Positions 8,693 through 23,881 of a stretch of 38,777 nt of DNA are shown piece by piece. The notes below the pieces were generated by a model that worked only from the letters and a program-made list of their open reading frames with translations, searched no databases and had not been told where the DNA came from. Source of the stretch: Deltaproteobacteria bacterium (GTDB taxonomy: Bacteria; Desulfobacterota; Binatia; UBA12015); assembly GCA_046583355.1 (NCBI GenBank), contig JAYGCM010000077.1:1-38777 (forward strand). The letters are read 5' to 3'. The position numbers and the translations under genes are program-made. Every line of letters begins with the position of its first letter. Position 1 is the first letter of the stretch.

Positions 8693-8840
8693 AACCGCGG
8701 GGGCCTCCTTGAGGTCCGGCCGCAAAGCAGGCCTCTTGCCCGTCGACATTCCTGCTCGGATTCGGATTGCACCCTTTCATCTTGGGGCGCGAAGCCGCAT
8801 AGTGGCCCTCCACCAACGTTCGTTGAGGGACGACTCCACA

Positions 8841-9365
8841 ATGAGGCTACGCAAAATATACTTGTCCTGGATGATGGGCTTGGGGCTCCTGCTTGCGGCC
8901 ACCACGGCAAGCGCGGAGATACTCGCACCGGAAGGCCATCCCTTCCGTGTCGAGGTGCCCGGCAAGGCCGAGCATAAAGAGCAATCGCGCAGCATCGGCA
9001 TCGGCACGGTCACCTCCGAGAACTTCATCATCAACGACGATACCAACGCGATCTTCGTCAGCATCGTGACGCTGCCGAGTTTCGCGAGCGTCTTCACGCC
9101 CACCAGCGTGCTCTACAGCCAAACACGCGACGGCATGCTGGAAGATATCGGCGGCGACCAGCTCGCCTTCACGGATTTCGAGCGCGACGGCCGGGAAGGT
9201 AAACTTCTGATTTACGAAATCCCCTCCGCCAAGGGAGCCAAGCGGCACGGGCGGGCCGAGTTTTTTCGCTTCAGCCGGTCCATATATCTCTTTGCCGCGC
9301 ATGGCATCGACGAGAAGAAATCTCTGCGCGAGAAGTTCTTCGCCTCCCTCAAAATCCTCGACTGA
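8841..9365 (+). CDS. Secreted hypothetical protein
   Basis: Signal peptide ending ASA-E, GAGGGA RBS, FRVEVPG start of mature domain and C-terminal FFASLKI. Confidence 0.75.
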   Translation: MRLRKIYLSWMMGLGLLLAATTASAEILAPEGHPFRVEVPGKAEHKEQSRSIGIGTVTSENFIINDDTNAIFVSIVTLPSFASVFTPTSVLYSQTRDGMLEDIGGDQLAFTDFERDGREGKLLIYEIPSAKGAKRHGRAEFFRFSRSIYLFAAHGIDEKKSLREKFFASLKILD

Positions 9366-9411
9366 AATTGTGCTCCGTTGCAGTTCTCGGCCGGACCTCT
9401 AGACAATCCGT

Positions 9412-9882
9412 ATGGCTAAGGATCAGAAGGCAGACCACTTCGAGACACCGCCCTATGAAGAAATTCCGGGGATCACGCGGAATCATCTGGCGGCCTTGGA
9501 GTCGACCGACGACCCCGACGCGTGGCTGATGGCGAAGATGAAAAGCCTGATCCTTCGTACGGTAGGGCGGAAATCGGGCAAGACGCATAAGGTCGTGCTG
9601 CCCTATTGGCAAGATGCCGCTGGCAATCGCATCCTGGCGGCCTCCTACGGCGGCGGCCCGGTGAACCCGGCCTGGTTCCACAATCTGGCCGACCGCAAGG
9701 CGAATCCCAAGGTCTGGATCAAAGAGCGTGCGTTTGAAGCCTTCGTGCGCGCCGATGTGCTCGAAGGCGCCGAGCACGACGAGATCTGGCAGGCGCTCAC
9801 CGCCGACCGCCCCTGGTACACCGACTACCTCGCCAAGACCGGACGCACGCGCATCCCGCTCATCCGGCTCGTCGAGGACTGA
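9412..9882 (+). CDS. Deazaflavin (F420)-dependent nitroreductase/quinone reductase family protein (Ddn-like)
   Basis: LILRTVGRKSGK, ASYGGGPVNPAWFHNL, Y..Y..KTGRTRIPLIRL signature. Confidence 0.88.
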   Translation: MAKDQKADHFETPPYEEIPGITRNHLAALESTDDPDAWLMAKMKSLILRTVGRKSGKTHKVVLPYWQDAAGNRILAASYGGGPVNPAWFHNLADRKANPKVWIKERAFEAFVRADVLEGAEHDEIWQALTADRPWYTDYLAKTGRTRIPLIRLVED

Positions 9883-9890
9883 AGGCCGCC

Positions 9891-10895
9891 ATGAAGCAGG
9901 TTCGGATTCATGGCCCCGAGGATGTCCGTATCGACGAGGTCGCCCCGCCGGAGCCCGGCCCCCGCGATGCCGTCATCGGCGTGCACGCCTGCGGTATCTG
10001 CGGCAGCGACGTCGGCTATGTGAAGCTCGGCGGTGTTGCCGGGCCGACGCCCGAACCGATGCGGCTGGGCCATGAGTTGGCCGGCGTAATCCTGCGGGTC
10101 GGGGCCGAGGTCGAAGGCCTGGCTCCCGGCACCCGCGTGACGCTCAACCCGATGGGCGGCGGCAACCAGATCGGTAACGGTGCCGCACAAGGAGGCTTCA
10201 CACCTGAACTGCTCGTGCCGAACGTCGCTGCAGGGGGTGTGCTCTTCGCCCTGCCCGACGATCTCGCCTACGATAGCGCCGCATTGGCCGAGCCCTTGGG
10301 CGTCGGCATGCAGGCGGTCAATCGCGCGGGGATTCAGCCCGGTGAGAAGGCGGTGATCTTCGGCGCCGGGCCCATCGGACTGATGGCCCTGGCTACCTGC
10401 CGCTACCGCGGCATCGAAGATGTGATTGTCGTAGACCGCTCGGCGACGCGGCTCGCCATCGCGACCAAGCTGGGGGCAAAGGCGACACTGTGCGCGGGCG
10501 AAGGCGACCTCTGGAAGGAACTCGCCGACCTACAAGGCAAGGGGGAATGGCTCGGCATGCCGATCATGGCCGGTGCGGATGCCTTCATCGAGGCCACCGG
10601 CGCCGCAAGCGTCATTCCGGATATCATCGCGCACGCAAAGGAGCAGGCACGCATCGCGATCGTCGCTCTGCACCGCGATCCGGTGCCGGTCGATTTCCTC
10701 TCCGTGATGGCCAAGGGGCTCTCGCTCCTTGGCTCGATCGCCTACCCCGACAACTACGAAGATATGATTGAGATGCTGCGCGAAGTAGATCTCACGCCGG
10801 CCATCACACACCGCTTCGGGCTCGACGAGTTCGCCACGGCACTGCGCGTAGCGCAAGACCCGGACGCAGGGGGCAAGGTACTTATCGAGTTCTAG
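9891..10895 (+). CDS. Zinc-binding medium-chain dehydrogenase (sorbitol/threonine DH-like)
   Basis: CGICGSD, GHELAG, LAEPLGVG, GAGPIG Rossmann motif, ITHRFGLDE. Confidence 0.92.
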   Translation: MKQVRIHGPEDVRIDEVAPPEPGPRDAVIGVHACGICGSDVGYVKLGGVAGPTPEPMRLGHELAGVILRVGAEVEGLAPGTRVTLNPMGGGNQIGNGAAQGGFTPELLVPNVAAGGVLFALPDDLAYDSAALAEPLGVGMQAVNRAGIQPGEKAVIFGAGPIGLMALATCRYRGIEDVIVVDRSATRLAIATKLGAKATLCAGEGDLWKELADLQGKGEWLGMPIMAGADAFIEATGAASVIPDIIAHAKEQARIAIVALHRDPVPVDFLSVMAKGLSLLGSIAYPDNYEDMIEMLREVDLTPAITHRFGLDEFATALRVAQDPDAGGKVLIEF

Positions 10896-10904
10896 GGCCC
10901 GACC

Positions 10905-11628
10905 ATGTTGCGACACTTTCGCCCCCATATGGCAGCGGCCACAGCCTACCTCCTGGTGATTCTCTGGGCCCTCGCCGGGCTGGCCGAAGACCCAGCCCGG
11001 CTGCTTCTGCTGCCAACAGGGGCTGGGCAATATCCGAAATCTGATTGCGACTGACCAAGAGATGGTACTCGGCACCGTGATGCACGCGGCACGCGGCTGG
11101 CTCGACCCGGCGACCTCATTGATGGGCGCCGGCGCCTGTTTCCCGATGCCGAATGCCTGGACGCTCGGCGAGCATATGTTCGGCCCCGGTCTGCTGGCAG
11201 CCCTACCGCTGGCGATCACCGGCGAACCCATCCTCGCCTGCAATCTGATGCTGGTTCTGACGATGTGAATTCCCGCCTTCGGCACCTTCGTGCTCGCACG
11301 ACGCCTGACTGGCAGCACGGGGGCCGCCTTCCTCGCAGGCTTGTGGGCGAGGCTCGCCATCGCGCGGCTCGGCGACACGGTCCACCCCTACGTCCATGGC
11401 GACCTCTGGGTGCCAGCCGCCCTGGTCTGCCTGCACGAGGCCTTCCGCCGCGGCGGCTTGCTCGCCTTGCTGGGCCTTCCTCTCTTCTGCGCGCTGACCT
11501 TCCTGGAGAGCTATTACGCCATCCTTGGAGCGCTGATCGTGCTCGGCACCATCACGCTCGGCCTGATTCTCCAGACCGGTCGCGAGGGGTTGCGACGCGA
11601 CGCGCCGCGGATCGTGAATATCCACTGA
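10905..11628 (+). pseudogene. Disrupted multi-pass membrane protein (GT-C/YfhO-like) remnant
   Basis: Hydrophobic N-terminus from ATG 10905, frameshift near 11020, in-frame TGA at 11266-11268 between same-frame ORFs 11062 and 11290, and 3' truncation next to the gltD stop; CFP.PNAWTLGEHMFG and LARRLTGSTGAAFLAG segments. Confidence 0.72.
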
Positions 11629-11644
11629 ACCCCGCGCGACAGAA

Positions 11645-13099
<1,455 letters not shown>

Positions 13100-13111
13100 G
13101 ATACTTCTCCC

Positions 13112-17757
<4,646 letters not shown>

Positions 17758-17761
<4 letters not shown>

Positions 17762-18309
17762 GCTGTTTTCCGCGCGGCAACACGGCGGCTGCCATTGCGC
17801 CGCCGCGAGCCGTTGTCACGAGTGGTAAGGTGCTCGCCGATCGGCAACTGGGAGCGCTCGGTATGGGTCGAGAGCACAACCGTCGTCTCGGTTCGGACGA
17901 CGCCCGGGAGGCTGCGAATCTGGCTGATCAATTTTTCGAGTGTCGAGGTATCGGAGACCTTCACCTTGAGAAGGATGGTGTGGTGGCCGGTGACGTGGTG
18001 GCATTCCTGCACGCCCTCAATCGCCGTGACGGTAGTCTCGAATGTAGCGAGGCTGCCGGGCGTCTCCACGACCACGCCGATGAAGGCCGTCACATCGAGG
18101 CCGAGTTCGCGCGAGCCAAGCACAGCCGAGTAGCCGCGAATGACGCCGCTTTGCTCGAGCTTCTCGATCCGCTCACTCACCGAAGGTGCTGACAACCCCA
18201 CCGTCTCGCCGATCCGGGCCAGCGGACTTTTACAGTCTTGCTGGAGCGCCCGAAGAATCGCGACATCAGTGGCGTCGAGCCCAGGCTCTTCACCGTTTCC
18301 GAATTTCAT
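17758..18309 (-). CDS. Lrp/AsnC family transcriptional regulator
   Basis: [66 protein letters not shown]. Confidence 0.95.
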
Positions 18310-18365
18310 AAGGTTCCTATGGGAAGGAACCTTACGGATAGCGAATCATTGCCGAGGGTGTCAAC
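18309..18365 (-). promoter_or_regulatory. Putative sigma70 promoter and inverted-repeat operator of lrp-gltBD
   Basis: Minus-strand TTGACA-N18-TATCCG; 10-bp inverted repeat TAAGGTTCCT-N6-AGGAACCTTA (18309-18334) abutting the start codon. Confidence 0.5.
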
Positions 18366-18391
18366 CTTTCCTAAGGTCGCACAGGCTATAG

Positions 18392-19762
18392 TTAGATCTC
18401 CGCGCGGGCCTGCTCGACGATAGCCTCAACATGGGCCCGGATTTCGTCGCGCCGGGCTTCGGTCTCGGCCTCAAAACGGAGCACCAGGGCGGCCTGGGTA
18501 TTGGACGCTCGGACCAGGCCCCAGCCATCGCCAAAATCGGCTCGCACACCGTCGATATCGTTGATCGGCCGCTCGGCGGCGAGGATCTCACGCGCCCGAT
18601 CGGCGACGGCGAATTTGGTCTCGTCATCGCAATCGATCCGCAGCTCGGGCGTGGTGAAGGACGGCGGCAGGCCGGCGAGCAGATCCTGCACGCGGCCTTC
18701 GCTATTTGCCAGAATCTCCAACAGTCGCGCGGCCGCATAGATCGCATCGTCGTAGCCGAAGAAGCGGTCAGCGAAGAACATATGCCCGCTCATCTCACCG
18801 CCGATTACCGCACCGGTCTCCTTCATCTTCGCCTTGATGAGCGAATGGCCCGCCTTCCACATGATGCCCTCGCCGCCGAGGCGCTCGATTTCATCGTATA
18901 GGCGCTTGGAGCATTTCACCTCGCTGATGATCACCGAGCCGGGCCGACGTGCGAGGATCTCGCGCGCGAAGATCACCAATAACTCGTCACCCCAGATGAT
19001 CTGACCGCCCGGAGCGACGACACCGATACGGTCGCCATCGCCATCAAACGCGATACCGATATCGGCCTTTTCCGCATCCACAGTACGAATGAGCTCCTCC
19101 AGGTTCTCAGCAACCGTCGGGTCCGGATGATGGTTGGGAAAGCGGCCATCCGGCTCGCAATGCAGCGCGATCACCTCGCAGCCGAGTGCTTCCAATACCT
19201 TGGGCGCAGCCGGGCCGGCCGCAGCATTGCCGGCATCGACGACCACCTTGAGGCGGCGCGGCAGCACGCCGATATCGCCGCGACAGAACTCGAGGTAGGC
19301 CGGGAGAATATCGTGCTTCGCAAGCGTTCCGGCGCCGCTCTCGTGGTCGGCGCGCTCGATCTCGCCGATCAGGCTGGAGATCGCCTTCCCATGGATCGAT
19401 TCACGCCCTTCACAAAACTTGAAACCATTGTATTCCGAGGGGTTATGGCTCGCCGTGACCTCGATGCCGCCGTCGACCTCGAGTTCGAAGAGCGCGAAAT
19501 AGAGCAGCGGAGTCGGCACCATGCCGAGATCAACGACATTCGTGCCCGTGCTGCGGATGCCGGCAATCAGCGCTTCCGCATAGGCATCCGAGGTGAGCCG
19601 GCAATCGCGGCCTACCGCCAGCGCCGGCGTCTTGCCCGGGTGCGCGCGACGCGCGCGGCTGCCACAGGCACGACCCAGTTCGACGGCGAACGCCTCGTCG
19701 AAATCTTCCCCGGCAATGCCGCGGAGATCGTATTCCCTAAAAATATTCGGGTTCAATTTCAT
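18392..19762 (-). CDS. Phosphomannomutase/phosphoglucomutase (AlgC-like)
   Basis: IFREYDLRG, TASHNP, FDGDGDR, GEMSGH, VRASNTQ. Confidence 0.95.
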   Translation of the reverse strand: MKLNPNIFREYDLRGIAGEDFDEAFAVELGRACGSRARRAHPGKTPALAVGRDCRLTSDAYAEALIAGIRSTGTNVVDLGMVPTPLLYFALFELEVDGGIEVTASHNPSEYNGFKFCEGRESIHGKAISSLIGEIERADHESGAGTLAKHDILPAYLEFCRGDIGVLPRRLKVVVDAGNAAAGPAAPKVLEALGCEVIALHCEPDGRFPNHHPDPTVAENLEELIRTVDAEKADIGIAFDGDGDRIGVVAPGGQIIWGDELLVIFAREILARRPGSVIISEVKCSKRLYDEIERLGGEGIMWKAGHSLIKAKMKETGAVIGGEMSGHMFFADRFFGYDDAIYAAARLLEILANSEGRVQDLLAGLPPSFTTPELRIDCDDETKFAVADRAREILAAERPINDIDGVRADFGDGWGLVRASNTQAALVLRFEAETEARRDEIRAHVEAIVEQARAEI

Positions 19763-20760
19763 TCAGATAACTCCAAGGCCAAATCGATTGCGGCACGCAT
19801 GCTGCGCGGGTCGGCGTCGTTTTTGCCGGCGCGGTCAAAGGCTGTACCGTGGTCGGGCGAAGTCCGCACGAAGGGCAGGCCGAGGGTCACGTTCACGGCG
19901 TGGTGTACGTCGCGCTGCTTTACCGGAATCAACCCCTGGTCGTGGTAGAGCGCGATGATCGCATCGCATTCGGGGCCGAAATCCGAGAAGAGCGTGTCGC
20001 CCGGAACGGGACCGATCACATCGATCCGCGAACCACGCGCACGGGCGATCGCCGGGGCGAGGATACGCGTTTCCTCATCGCCATAGACGCCCCCATCGCC
20101 GGCATGCGGGTTCAGCGCCGCCACGGCAATCCGCGGCCGGCGCAGCCCCCACCACTGGCGCAGATGGCGATGCGTGAGGGCGATGGTCTCGCATAGGGCT
20201 TCTATATTCAGCAGCCCCGGCACATCGCGGAGCGCGACATGCGAGGTCTCCAAAACAACCCGCAGCCCGCGGCCGACCATCATCAGGCGCACATTCTCCG
20301 CACCCGTGAGCTTCTGCAGGATCTCCGTATGCCCGGTGCGGGCCAGCCTGGCGCGCGCGAGCCATTCCTTGCTCAGGGGAGCTGTGACAATCGCATCGAC
20401 CGTGCCGCCAAGCGCCAGGCCGGTCGCACTGAGCAGGGAGGCGTAGGCCGTCCGCGCCGCCGCCAGCGAGGGACGGCCGGGGCGGCGCTCGCGCTTTCCG
20501 AGAGTCTTCACGCCGGCCGGCGCAAGTACGGCCAAGCCACGACTCGGCCAATCACCCGCGCCCAGCGACTCGGCGCTGACCTGGGTCAGCGGCGTGCGTA
20601 TCCCGAGGCGCTGCATCGTCTCGCCGAGGGCCTCCGCATCTCCCACCAACACGACCTGGGCGGCCAGACGCGGCCGCTTGCGCAGCGCGCCCAGCGTCAC
20701 CTCGGCACCGATCCCGGTAGGGTCGCCCAGGGTGATGGCCAGCCGAGGCGTCTTCATCAA
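19759..20760 (-). CDS. pdxA: 4-hydroxythreonine-4-phosphate dehydrogenase
   Basis: ITLGDPTGIGAE, TAPLSK, GHTE, LNPHAG, YHDQGLIP, NVTLGLPFVRTSPDHGTAFD. Confidence 0.96.
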   Translation of the reverse strand: MMKTPRLAITLGDPTGIGAEVTLGALRKRPRLAAQVVLVGDAEALGETMQRLGIRTPLTQVSAESLGAGDWPSRGLAVLAPAGVKTLGKRERRPGRPSLAAARTAYASLLSATGLALGGTVDAIVTAPLSKEWLARARLARTGHTEILQKLTGAENVRLMMVGRGLRVVLETSHVALRDVPGLLNIEALCETIALTHRHLRQWWGLRRPRIAVAALNPHAGDGGVYGDEETRILAPAIARARGSRIDVIGPVPGDTLFSDFGPECDAIIALYHDQGLIPVKQRDVHHAVNVTLGLPFVRTSPDHGTAFDRAGKNDADPRSMRAAIDLALELSE

Positions 20761-21719
20761 AGGCGAGTTTCGACCGAATGGCCGGCGCGTAGATCCGCGT
20801 CAGCCCAATTATCGAAACGCTCCTGGATCGCCTCGCCGTAGAGGCGCTCCTTGATCTGCTCATTGACCTGCTCGAGCGGCACGGCGTCGGCGATCTCACG
20901 GTTCTCGACCTTGAGAATATGCAGCCCCGCCGGGCTGCGCACCGGGTGGCTGATTTCACCCTCGGGCAGTACGAAGGCGACGTTTTCGATCTCGGCCATC
21001 ATCTGGCCCTTTTCGATCCGTCCGATCTTCCCGCCGGCATCCGCGTCGGGCGCCTCCGACATCTCACGCGCGACCTTGGCGAAGCTCTCGCCCGAGACCA
21101 GCCGCTGATGCGCGCGGCGCGCCTTATCGGCCAATTTTTGCATATCGGCCGCGGTGGGCGCCGGCGGCAGGACGAAGAGAATATGGTGCAGCTCGACGGC
21201 GGCCGAGATCGCGAATTGCGCACCGTTTTTCTCGTAATAGCGCTGCACCTCTTCATCCGTGATATTCACGCGGTCGCGGATATCGCGCGAGACCAACTGG
21301 TTCTTCAGCAATTCGCGCCGCACCTGGTTGCGGTAGCCCGCGACATCGAGCCCCTGCTGCTGCAGCGCCGCCTGAAGCGTGGCCTCATCGAGCTGATTGG
21401 CCGTCATGATCTGATCCATATAAGCCTGCACGTCGCGGCTCGAGACATGCAGCCCGAGTTTGTCGGCCTGCATGGTGATCAGTGTGTCGGTGATCAGACC
21501 CTCCAGAACCTCTTCTTGCTGCTCCTTGGAGAGCTGATTGAGCTTCATGCCAGCGGTATTATGCCCGATATATTGCTCGAATTGATAGAGCGTGATCGGC
21601 GAGCCATCGACCGTCGCGACCACCCGGTTCACCACCCGCGCCGCCGCCGGCGAAGCGAGGGTCAAAACCAAGGCCGCAGCCAGAAGCACGCCAGAACGGA
21701 ACTTTGCACACAGAGCCAT
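20757..21719 (-). CDS. surA: SurA-like periplasmic chaperone / parvulin peptidyl-prolyl isomerase
   Basis: Signal peptide, VNRVVATVDGSPIT, HHILF, FAKVAREMSE, GEISHPVRSPAGLHILKV; upstream of pdxA as in the conserved surA-pdxA arrangement. Confidence 0.88.
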   Translation of the reverse strand: MALCAKFRSGVLLAAALVLTLASPAAARVVNRVVATVDGSPITLYQFEQYIGHNTAGMKLNQLSKEQQEEVLEGLITDTLITMQADKLGLHVSSRDVQAYMDQIMTANQLDEATLQAALQQQGLDVAGYRNQVRRELLKNQLVSRDIRDRVNITDEEVQRYYEKNGAQFAISAAVELHHILFVLPPAPTAADMQKLADKARRAHQRLVSGESFAKVAREMSEAPDADAGGKIGRIEKGQMMAEIENVAFVLPEGEISHPVRSPAGLHILKVENREIADAVPLEQVNEQIKERLYGEAIQERFDNWADADLRAGHSVETRL

Positions 21720-21757
21720 ATCCGCGTTCTTACCCCAGACGGCACGCAGGCAACAGG

Positions 21758-21781
21758 GGCCCCGGCTGGCCAGCCGGGGCC
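21758..21781. repeat. Perfect 24-bp GC-rich palindrome
   Basis: GGCCCCGGCTGGCCAGCCGGGGCC is its own reverse complement. Confidence 0.9.
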
Positions 21782-21798
21782 AGAGGCGCCTGGCCAGA

Positions 21799-22104
21799 GG
21801 GGACGTTGCTTACCTCGCGTCGATTTCCTTACCTCACGTCGCGAACTCAGACCTGAAGGCCCAGCTCGGAGGCTGCTCACCGCGCAGCGGATTCCCTACC
21901 TGTATACCCGGCGGCACCCCTCGGTAGCGGTACACCAGGCCGCTGCGAGCCTTCACACCCGGGCGGTTCGCGATTGCGGTGTGCGTCAGGCCGATACGGC
22001 ACGCCATCTCGGGATCAGCAAAGCCCAGACCTCCCGCTACTTGGCCGGGAGGACCAGCGGCAGGACACGAGGTAAGGAATCGGCGTGAGGTAAGACACGT
22101 CCCC
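21799..22104 (+). mobile_element. MITE-like non-autonomous element with ~42-bp imperfect terminal inverted repeats and an HTH remnant
   Basis: Left end GGGGACGTTGCTTACCTCGCGTCGATTTCCTTACCTCACGTC vs reverse complement of right end GGGGACGTGTCTTACCTCACGCCGATTCCTTACCTCGTGTC; interior encodes AVRDCGVRQADTARHLGISKAQTSRYL. Confidence 0.75.
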
Positions 22105-23734
22105 CATGCCCACCACGGCGCACGACTCGAAACACGAAGAGTTGATCGTCTTCGTAGACCGGCGCACCGTAGCGCCCGCGCAGCTTTTCCAAGGGCTTCG
22201 AGATATCGACGCGCTGGTGTGCGAACGGGATCGGCAACTCGTGCGTGACGTCCTTGTGAAGGACGATATAATCGACACGCTCTCGTTCAAGGCCATTCCG
22301 ATCGTCGATATGGATCGCGTTGCGAAAGGCGAATTGAGAATCGCCCAAGGGCACCTCACCCACCCGTAGACCGAGGCCGTTTTCGGCGACAAAGCCGACC
22401 TTGACATTCTGGCCGTGAATCGCCTGATAATATGCCAACGGATGAAAGTAGTAGTACCATGGGGCCTCCAGGATGGTGAGGCTCCCGCGCGGCTGCTCGG
22501 CGAGTTCGTGATAAAATGGCGATATCTTCGCCGGCCGGAACCTCTCGAAATATCCGCCTGATGTGTAATCCGCCTGGTAGGAGGCATGATTCGTGAAGTT
22601 GTTCGGCCAGCGATGAATCCGGTCCAATGGCCCGGCAGCGAGCAAAACGCCGGCGACCAACAGGCCGACCACGCCAGCATTTGCCCGGCGGCCGAGCCAT
22701 CGCAGCAGCCCCATCACGCCCGCGGCGACAAAACAGAGCAGCAAGGGCAGAACATCCAGGTTATAGCGCGCAAAAACAATTGGAATTTGCAGCATGACGG
22801 GCTGCAAAAGAATCACGCCCACCAGCTGCCCCAGCGCCACCGTGCAAAGATATGCCGCCCAGCGGGACTGCTTGCGGGCGACAATCGCCAGACCACCGAC
22901 AAGCAGGGCGACCCAGGCGGCCGCGATTGCCGGACTGCTGGCGCCGACGAAGAGTTGCCCTGTGCCGAGAAGAGTCTGCCAGGTGAGCCTGCCGGTATCC
23001 GTGCTGCCCACGATTCCCAGCAAGCCTTGCGATTGCGAGAACAGCGGGCGCGCCAGTACCAAACCCAAGCCCGCCGCAACGAAAAGGCCAACCCGGGCGA
23101 GGTCACGGCGCGATCGTCTTTGCCCTTGTGAATCGACCAGCCCATCCACAGCGGCAAACGCAAGCGGCACCAACAATCCTGGCAATGACGCCAGATGAAA
23201 ATAGCCGCTCACGATCGCGCATCCGATATAGGCGTATTTCCAGCGGCGGGCGCCACCCGTCCACCAGGTATAGAAAGCAAGAATTCCAAGCGTACTCAGC
23301 AGCAGGGTGATGCTATAGGGGCGAGCGTAGCGACTGTAGAAAATCAGAATCGGGGAGACCGCGAGGATCCAGGCCAGAACGATCGTCGCCCCGCTGCCGA
23401 TCCACCGCCGCATTGCCCACGGCACCAACCCCACCGCAGCCACTCCGAATACCACCGACGGCAGGCGCATGATCCACTCGGAGAGGCCGAACCAATCGGC
23501 CGCGATGCGATCGAAGAGTACCAGCGGGATGGACTGCTCGGCGCCCAGATATCGCGCGATCGCCGCGACACTATCGAGTCGCAAAAGAGTGTGGACGGCA
23601 TGCCATTCATCATCGACCAGCACCTGCTCCGGCAACTGATGCAGGCGGAGCACGGCGCCCATAGCGCACGCCAGCCCGATCCATAGGAGCGAGGCCGATC
23701 GGCCCACTACGGGTCCCCTTGTCACGGTCGACAT
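22037..23734 (-). CDS. GT-C fold membrane glycosyltransferase (family 39/ArnT/PMT-like)
   Basis: VLRL...DDEWHA motif after the first TM helix, RLPSVVFG, AVSPILIFYSRYARPYS, many TM segments; ATG 23734 with GAAGG RBS (the upstream part of the 936-aa ORF is a shadow of + strand genes). Confidence 0.85.
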   Translation of the reverse strand: MSTVTRGPVVGRSASLLWIGLACAMGAVLRLHQLPEQVLVDDEWHAVHTLLRLDSVAAIARYLGAEQSIPLVLFDRIAADWFGLSEWIMRLPSVVFGVAAVGLVPWAMRRWIGSGATIVLAWILAVSPILIFYSRYARPYSITLLLSTLGILAFYTWWTGGARRWKYAYIGCAIVSGYFHLASLPGLLVPLAFAAVDGLVDSQGQRRSRRDLARVGLFVAAGLGLVLARPLFSQSQGLLGIVGSTDTGRLTWQTLLGTGQLFVGASSPAIAAAWVALLVGGLAIVARKQSRWAAYLCTVALGQLVGVILLQPVMLQIPIVFARYNLDVLPLLLCFVAAGVMGLLRWLGRRANAGVVGLLVAGVLLAAGPLDRIHRWPNNFTNHASYQADYTSGGYFERFRPAKISPFYHELAEQPRGSLTILEAPWYYYFHPLAYYQAIHGQNVKVGFVAENGLGLRVGEVPLGDSQFAFRNAIHIDDRNGLERERVDYIVLHKDVTHELPIPFAHQRVDISKPLEKLRGRYGAPVYEDDQLFVFRVVRRGGHGGRVLPHADSLPRVLPLVLPAK

Positions 23735-23839
23735 TGCCTTCTTCTCTACCCGCTGACCTGTCGCGTGGCATTCCCCCGGGTTGATGAACTCGCAGGAAGA
23801 GGCGAAAAACGGGGCGAACCACGAAAACCGATCAGCCTC

Positions 23840-23864
23840 GTAACCTTTTGCCCGGCTCGTTCGT
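23840..23864 (+). promoter_or_regulatory. Putative ECF sigma promoter
   Basis: GTAAC(C) with AAC-N17-CGT spacing, upstream of a GGAGGAGG RBS and ATG 23882. Confidence 0.45.
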
Positions 23865-23881
23865 GGTAAGGGGAGGAGGCC

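Noticed and set aside
8806..8829. Hairpin sequestering the RBS of the 8841 gene (riboswitch or thermometer)
   Set aside because: Short, bulged stem that is expected by chance at this GC content; no aptamer motif recognised.
11266..11268. In-frame TGA as selenocysteine or programmed readthrough
   Set aside because: It lies in a TM-like segment where Trp is plausible, the gene has an additional frameshift and truncation, and no SECIS-like hairpin was recognised.
20919..21798. 389-aa plus-strand ORF as a real gene
   Set aside because: Mostly the antisense shadow of surA. Only the final HTH-like part inside the mobile element looks protein-like.
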